From Auanema rhodensis (Eukaryota > Animalia > Nematoda), in contig OZ059895.1 of the NCBI GenBank assembly GCA_964057225.1, forward strand, positions 1,736,001 through 1,800,000: a stretch of 64,000 nucleotides of DNA. The letters run 5' to 3'. The notes under the pieces were generated by a model. That model searched no databases. It was not told the origin of the DNA and worked only from the letters and a program-made list of their open reading frames with translations. Position 1 is the stretch's first letter. The number at the start of each line of letters is the position of its first letter. The position numbers and the translations under genes are program-made. Shown one piece after another: positions 57,001 to 64,000 of this stretch.

Positions 57001-60000
57001 GTTTCTCAATGTAGTATAGTGCATTCGATGCGGATTTTTGAGCTGCGTCGATCTGTGTTATCAGATTTGCGCTAGCTTAAAAATGCACCGAGATATCAAC
57101 TGATATAAGTTCACACTTATATCCTCGATTTTCACCCTGAAGAATTAATTTTTTCGTTGAATAACATTGTCTATCGTCTTTGCCTTGAAAAATGGAATCT
57201 AAAAACATCTATTTTTTGCTAAATTATTTTGAAATTTTTCGAAAAAATTTTTGTCAAAATGTTTTTGGAAGCAATGTTGAGTGTACATGGAAACTCAACA
57301 TACACTAATGCATCATTTTTCAAACGATCATAACTAATTTTTGTATCAAGCGTTTCTCGATGTAGTATAGTGCATTCGATGCGGATTTTTAAGCTGCGTC
57401 GATCTGTGTTATCAGATTTGCGCTAGCTTAAAAATGCACCGAGATATCAACTGATATAAGTTCACACTTATATCCTCGATTTTCACCCTGAAGAATTAAT
57501 TTTTTCGTTGAATAACATTGTCCATCGTCTTTGCCTTGAAAAATGGAATCTAAAAACATCTAATTTTTGCTAAATTATTTTGAAATTTTTCGAAAAAATT
57601 TTTGTCAAAATGTTTTTGGAAGCAATGTTGAGTGTACATGGAAACTCAACATACACTAATGCATCATTTTTCAAACGATCATAACTAATTTTTGTATCAA
57701 GCGTTTCTCAATGTAGTATAATGCATTCGATGCGGATTTTTAAGCTGCGGCGATCTGTGTTATCAGATTTGCGCTAACTTAAAAATGCACCGAGATATCA
57801 ACTGATATAAGTTCACACTTATATCCTCGATTTTCACCCTGAAGAATTAATTTTTTCGTTGAATAACATTGTCCATCGTCTTTGCCTTGAAAAATAGAAT
57901 CTAAAAACATCTACTTTTTGCTAAATTATTTTGAAATTTTTCGAAAAAATTTTTGTCAAAATGTTTTTGGAAGCAATGTTGAGTGTACATGGAAACTCAA
58001 CATACACTAATGCATCATTTTTCAAACGATCATAACTAATTTTTGTATCAAACGTTTCTCAATGTAGTATAGTGCATTCGATGCGGATTTTTAAGCTGCG
58101 TCGATCTGTGTTATCAGATTTGCGCTAGCTTAAAAATGCACCGAGATATCAACTGATATAAGTTCACACTTATATCCTCGATTTTCACCCTGAAGAATTA
58201 ATTTTTTCGTTAAATAACATTGTCCATCGTCTTTGCCTTGAAAAATGGAATCTAAAAACATCTAATTTTTGCTAAATTATTTTGAAATTTTTCGAAAAAA
58301 TTTTTGTCAAAATGTTTTTGGAAGCAATGTTGAGTGTACATGGAAACTCAACATACACTAATGCATCATTTTTCAAACGATCATAACTAATTTTTGTATC
58401 AAGCGTTTCTCAATGTAGTATAGTGCATTCGATGCGGATTTTTAAGCTGCGGCGATCTGTGTTATCAGATTTGCGCTAACTTAAAAATGCACCGAGATAT
58501 CAACTGATATAAGTTCACACTTATATCCTCGATTTTCACCCTGAAGAATTAATTTTTTCGTTGAATAACATTGTCCATCGTCTTTGCCTTGAAAAATGGA
58601 ATCTAAAAACATCTAATTTTTGCTAAATTATTTTGAAATTTTTCGAAAAAATTTTTGTCAAAATGTTTTTGGAAGCAATGTTGAGTGTACATGGAAACTC
58701 AACATACACTAATGCATCATTTTTCAAACGATCATAACTAATTTTTGTATCAAGCGTTTCTCAATGTAGTATAATGCATTCGATGCGGATTTTTAAGCTG
58801 CGGCGATCTGTGTTATCAGATTTGCGCTAACTTAAAAATGCACCGAGATATCAACTGATATAAGTTCACACTTATATCCTCGATTTTCACCCTGAAGAAT
58901 TAATTTTTTCGTTGAATAACATTGTCCATCGTCTTTGCCTTGAAAAATAGAATCTAAAAACATCTACTTTTTGCTAAATTATTTTGAAATTTTTCGAAAA
59001 AATTTTTGTCAAAATGTTTTTGGAAGCAATGTTGAGTGTACATGGAAACTCAACATACACTAATGCATCATTTTTCAAACGATCATAACTAATTTTTGTA
59101 TCAAGCGTTTCTCGATGTAGTATAGTGCATTCGATGCGGATTTTTAAGCTGCGTCGATCTGTGTTATCAGATTTGCGCTAGCTTAAAAATGCACCGAGAT
59201 ATCAACTGATATAAGTTCACACTTATATCCTCGATTTTCACCCTGAAGAATTAATTTTTTCGTTAAATAACATTGTCCATCGTCTTTGCCTTGAAAAATG
59301 GAATCTAAAAACATCTAATTTTTGCTAAATTATTTTGAAATTTTTCGAAAAAATTTTTGTCAAAATGTTTTTGGAAGCAATGTTGAGTGTACATGGAAAC
59401 TCAACATACACTAATGCATCATTTTTCAAACGATCATAACTAATTTTTGTATCAAGCGTTTCTCAATGTAGTATAGTGCATTCGATGCGGATTTTTAAGC
59501 TGCGGCGATCTGTGTTATCAGATTTGCGCTAACTTAAAAATGCACCGAGATATCAACTGATATAAGTTCACACTTATATCCTCGATTTTCACCCTGAAGA
59601 ATTAATTTTTTCGTTGAATAACATTGTCCATCGTCTTTGCCTTGAAAAATAGAATCTAAAAACATCTACTTTTTGCTAAATTATTTTGAAATTTTTCGAA
59701 AAAATTTTTGTCAAAATGTTTTTGGAAGCAATGTTGAGTGTACATGGAAACTCAACATACACTAATGCATCATTTTTCAAACGATCATAACTAATTTTTG
59801 TATCAAACGTTTCTCAATGTAGTATAGTGCATTCGATGCGGATTTTTAAGCTGCGTCGATCTGTGTTATCAGATTTGCGCTAGCTTAAAAATGCACCGAG
59901 ATATCAACTGATATAAGTTCACACTTATATCCTCGATTTTCACCCTGAAGAATTAATTTTTTCGTTGAATAACATCGTCCATCGTCTTTGCCTTGAAAAA

Positions 60001-63000
60001 TGGAATCTAAAAACATCTACTTTTTGCTAAATTATTTTGAAATTTTTCGAAAAAATTTTTGTCAAAATGTTTTTGGAAGCAATGTTGAGTGTACATGGAA
60101 ACTCAACATACACTAATGCATCATTTTTCAAACGATCATAACTAATTTTTGTATTAAGCGTTTCTCAATGTAGTATAGTGCATTCGATGCGGATTTTTAA
60201 GCTGCGTCGATCTGTGTTATCAGATTTGCGCTAGCTTAAAAATGCACCGAGATATCAACTGATATAAGTTCACACTTATATCCTCGATTTTCACCCTGAA
60301 GAATTAATTTTTTCGTTGAATAACATTGTCCATCGTCTTTGCCTTGAAAAATAGAATCTAAAAACATCTACTTTTTGCTAAATTATTTTGAAATTTTTCG
60401 AAAAAACTTTTGTCAAAATGTTTTTGGAAGCAATGTTGAGTGTACATGGAAACTCAACATACACTAATGCATCATTTTTCAAACGATCATAACTAATTTT
60501 TGTATCAAGCGTTTCTCGATGTAGTATAGTGCATTCGATGCGGATTTTTAAGCTGCGTCGATCTGTGTTATCAGATTTGCGCTAGCTTAAAAATGCACCG
60601 AGATATCAACTGATATAAGTTCACACTTATATCCTCGATTTTCACCCTGAAGAATTAATTTTTTCGTTAAATAACATTGTCCATCGATTTTTGCCTTGAA
60701 AAATGGAATCTAAAAACATCTAATTTTTGCTAAATTATTTTGAAATTTTTCGAAAAAATTTTTGTCAAAATGTTTTTGGAAGCAATGTTGAGTGTACATG
60801 GAAACTCAACATACACTAATGCATCATTTTTCAAACGATCATAACTAATTTTTGTATCAAGCGTTTCTCAATGTAGTATAGTGCATTCGATGCGGATTTT
60901 TAAGCTGCGGCGATCTGTGTTATCAGATTTGCGCTAACTTAAAAATGCACCGAGATATCAACTGATATAAGTTCACACTTATATCCTCGATTTTCACCCT
61001 GAAGAATTAATTTTTTCGTTGAATAACATTGTCCATCGTCTTTGCCTTGAAAAATAGAATCTAAAAACATCTACTTTTTGCTAAATTATTTTGAAATTTT
61101 TCGAAAAAATTTTTGTCAAAATGTTTTTGGAAGCAATGTTGAGTGTACATGGAAACTCAACATACACTAATGCATCATTTTTCAAACGATCATAACTAAT
61201 TTTTGTATCAAACGTTTCTCAATGTAGTATAGTGCATTCGATGCGGATTTTTAAGCTGCGTCGATCTGTGTTATCAGATTTGCGCTAGCTTAAAAATGCA
61301 CCGAGATATCAACTGATATAAGTTCACACTTATATCCTCGATTTTCACCCTGAAGAATTAATTTTTTCGTTGAATAACATCGTCCATCGTCTTTGCCTTG
61401 AAAAATGGAATCTAAAAACATCTACTTTTTGCTAAATTATTTTGAAATTTTTCGAAAAAATTTTTGTCAAAATGTTTTTGGAAGCAATGTTGAGTGTACA
61501 TGGAAACTCAACATACACTAATGCATCATTTTTCAAACGATCATAACTAATTTTTGTATTAAGCGTTTCTCAATGTAGTATAGTGCATTCGATGCGGATT
61601 TTTAAGCTGCGTCGATCTGTGTTATCAGATTTGCGCTAGCTTAAAAATGCACCGAGATATCAACTGATATAAGTTCACACTTATATCCTCGATTTTCACC
61701 CTGAAGAATTAATTTTTTCGTTGAATAACATTGTCCATCGTCTTTGCCTTGAAAAATGGAATCTAAAAACATCTACTTTTTGCTAAATTATTTTGAAATT
61801 TTTCGAAAAAATTTTTGTCAAAATGTTTTTGGAAGCAATGTTGAGTGTACATGGAAACTCAACATACACTAATGCATCATTTTTCAAACGATCATAACTA
61901 ATTTTTGTATCGAGCGTTTCTCGATGTAGTATAGTGCATTCGATGCGGATTTTTAAGCTGCGTCGATCTGTGTTATCAGATTTGCGCTAGCTTAAAAATG
62001 CACCGAGATATCAACTGATATAAGTTCACACTTATATCCTCGATTTTCACCCTGAAGAATTGATTTTTTCGTTGAATAACATTGTCCATCGTCTTTGCCT
62101 TGAAAAATGAAATCTAAAAACATCTACTTTTTGCTAAATTATTTTGAAATTTTTCGAAAAAATTTTTGTCAAAATGTTTTTGGAAGCAATGTTGAGTGTA
62201 CATGGAAACTCAACATACACTAATGCATCATTTTTCAAACAATCATAACTAATTTGTGTATTAAGCGTTTCTCAATGTAGTATAGTGCATTCGATGCGGA
62301 TTTTTGAGCTGCGTCGATCTGTGTTATCAGATTTGCGCTAGCTTAAAAATGCACCGAGATATCAACTGATATAAGTTCACACTTATATCCTCGATTTTCA
62401 CCCTGAAGAATTAATTTTTTCGTTGAATAACATTGTCTATCGTCTTTGCCTTGAAAAATGGAATCTAAAAACATCTATTTTTTGCTAAATTATTTTGAAA
62501 TTTTTCGAAAAAATTTTTGTCAAAATGTTTTTGGAAGCAATGTTGAGTGTACATGAAAACTCAACATACACTAATGCATCATTTTTCAAACAATCATAAC
62601 TAATTTGTGTATTAAGCGTTTCTCAATGTAGTATAGTGCATTCGACGCGGATTTTTGAGCTGCGTCGATCTGTGTTATCAGATTTGCGCTAGCTTAAAAA
62701 TGCACCGAGATATCAACTGATATAAGTTCACACTTATATCCTCGATTTTCACCCTGAAGAATTAATTTTTTCGTTGAATAACATTGTCTATCGTCTTTGC
62801 CTTGAAAAATGGAATCTAAAAACATCTATTTTTTGCTAAATTATTTTGAAATTTTTCGAAAAAATTTTTGTCAAAATGTTTTTGGAAGCAATGTTGAGTG
62901 TACATGGAAACTCAACATACACTAATGCATCATTTTTCAAACGATCATAACTTATTTTTTGTATCAAGCGTTTCTCGATGTAGTATAGTGCATTCGATGC

Positions 63001-64000
63001 GGATTTTTAAGCTGCGTCGATCTGTGTTATCAGATTTGCGCTAGCTTAAAAATGCACCGAGATATCAACTGATATAAGTTCACACTTATATCCTCGATTT
63101 TCACCCTGAAGAATTAATTTTTTCGTTGAATAACATTGTCCATCGTCTTTGCCTTGAAAAATGGAATCTAAAAACATCTACTTTTTGCTAAATTATTTTG
63201 AAATTTTTCGAAAAAATTTTTGTCAAAATGTTTTTGGAAGCAATGTTGAGTGTACATGGAAACTCAACATACACTAATGCATCATTTTTCAAACGATCAT
63301 AACTAATTTTTGTATCAAGCGTTTCTCAATGTAGTATAGTGCATTCGATGCGGATTTTTAAGCTGCGGCGATCTGTGTTATCAGATTTGCGCTAACTTAA
63401 AAATGCACCGAGATATCAACTGATATAAGTTCACACTTATATCCTCGATTTTCACCCTGAAGAATTAATTTTTTCGTTGAATAACATTGTCCATCGTCTT
63501 TGCCTTGAAAAATAGAATCTAAAAACATCTACTTTTTGCTAAATTATTTTGAAATTTTTCGAAAAAATTTTTGTCAAAATGTTTTTGGAAGCAATGTTGA
63601 GTGTACATGGAAACTCAACATACACTAATGCATCATTTTTCAAACGATCATAACTAATTTTTGTATCAAACGTTTCTCAATGTAGTATAGTGCATTCGAT
63701 GCGGATTTTTAAGCTGCGTCGATCTGTGTTATCAGATTTGCGCTAGCTTAAAAATGCACCGAGATATCAACTGATATAAGTTCACACTTATATCCTCGAT
63801 TTTCACCCTGAAGAATTAATTTTTTCGTTGAATAACATTGTCCATCGTCTTTGCCTTGAAAAATAGAATCTAAAAACATCTACTTTTTGCTAAATTATTT
63901 TGAAATTTTTCGAAAAAATTTTTGTCAAAATGTTTTTGGAAGCAATGTTGAGTGTACATGGAAACTCAACATACACTAATGCATCATTTTTCAAACGATC

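Larger units (their letters stand above)
1..64000. repeat. Tandem satellite DNA array, 351-bp monomer, about 182.3 head-to-tail copies, truncated at both window ends
   Basis: ATTATTTTGAAATTTTTCGAAAAAATTTTTGTCAAAATG recurs at 1, 352, 703, 1054 ... 63894. The last start equals 1+182x351+11, matching the net +11 from the 1-bp indels I counted. Single orientation, no intervening unique sequence. Confidence 0.99.

Noticed and set aside
1-64000. CRISPR array or other repeat-spacer system
   Set aside because: There are no unique spacers. The entire 351 bp is repeated, and no cas or other genes are present.

Overview
The whole 64-kb window is one uninterrupted, head-to-tail satellite DNA array. It has 182 complete copies plus a 107-bp partial copy of a 351-bp AT-rich monomer (about 32% GC by hand count), and it runs off both ends of the window. 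All copies have the same orientation. I see no inversion, transposon insertion, unique spacer, gene or RNA gene. Most monomers differ by only a few substitutions, and 15 carry a 1-bp indel (13 are 352 bp, 2 are 350 bp). Both ORFs in the track arise from single point mutations that remove a stop codon in one copy. The interesting structure is at two scales. (1) The monomer is dense in dyad symmetry: three local hairpins, a palindrome, and nested inverted arms across the monomer junction. (2) Diagnostic variants reveal local higher-order duplications of shifting period (6-, 5-, 17/20-, 8-, 4- and 3-mers), domains dominated by different monomer haplotypes, recombinant monomers and long-range variant sharing. 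This looks like eukaryotic, probably invertebrate, (peri)centromeric or heterochromatic satellite, but I cannot assign species or family from sequence alone. I found no convincing new coding or defence system.
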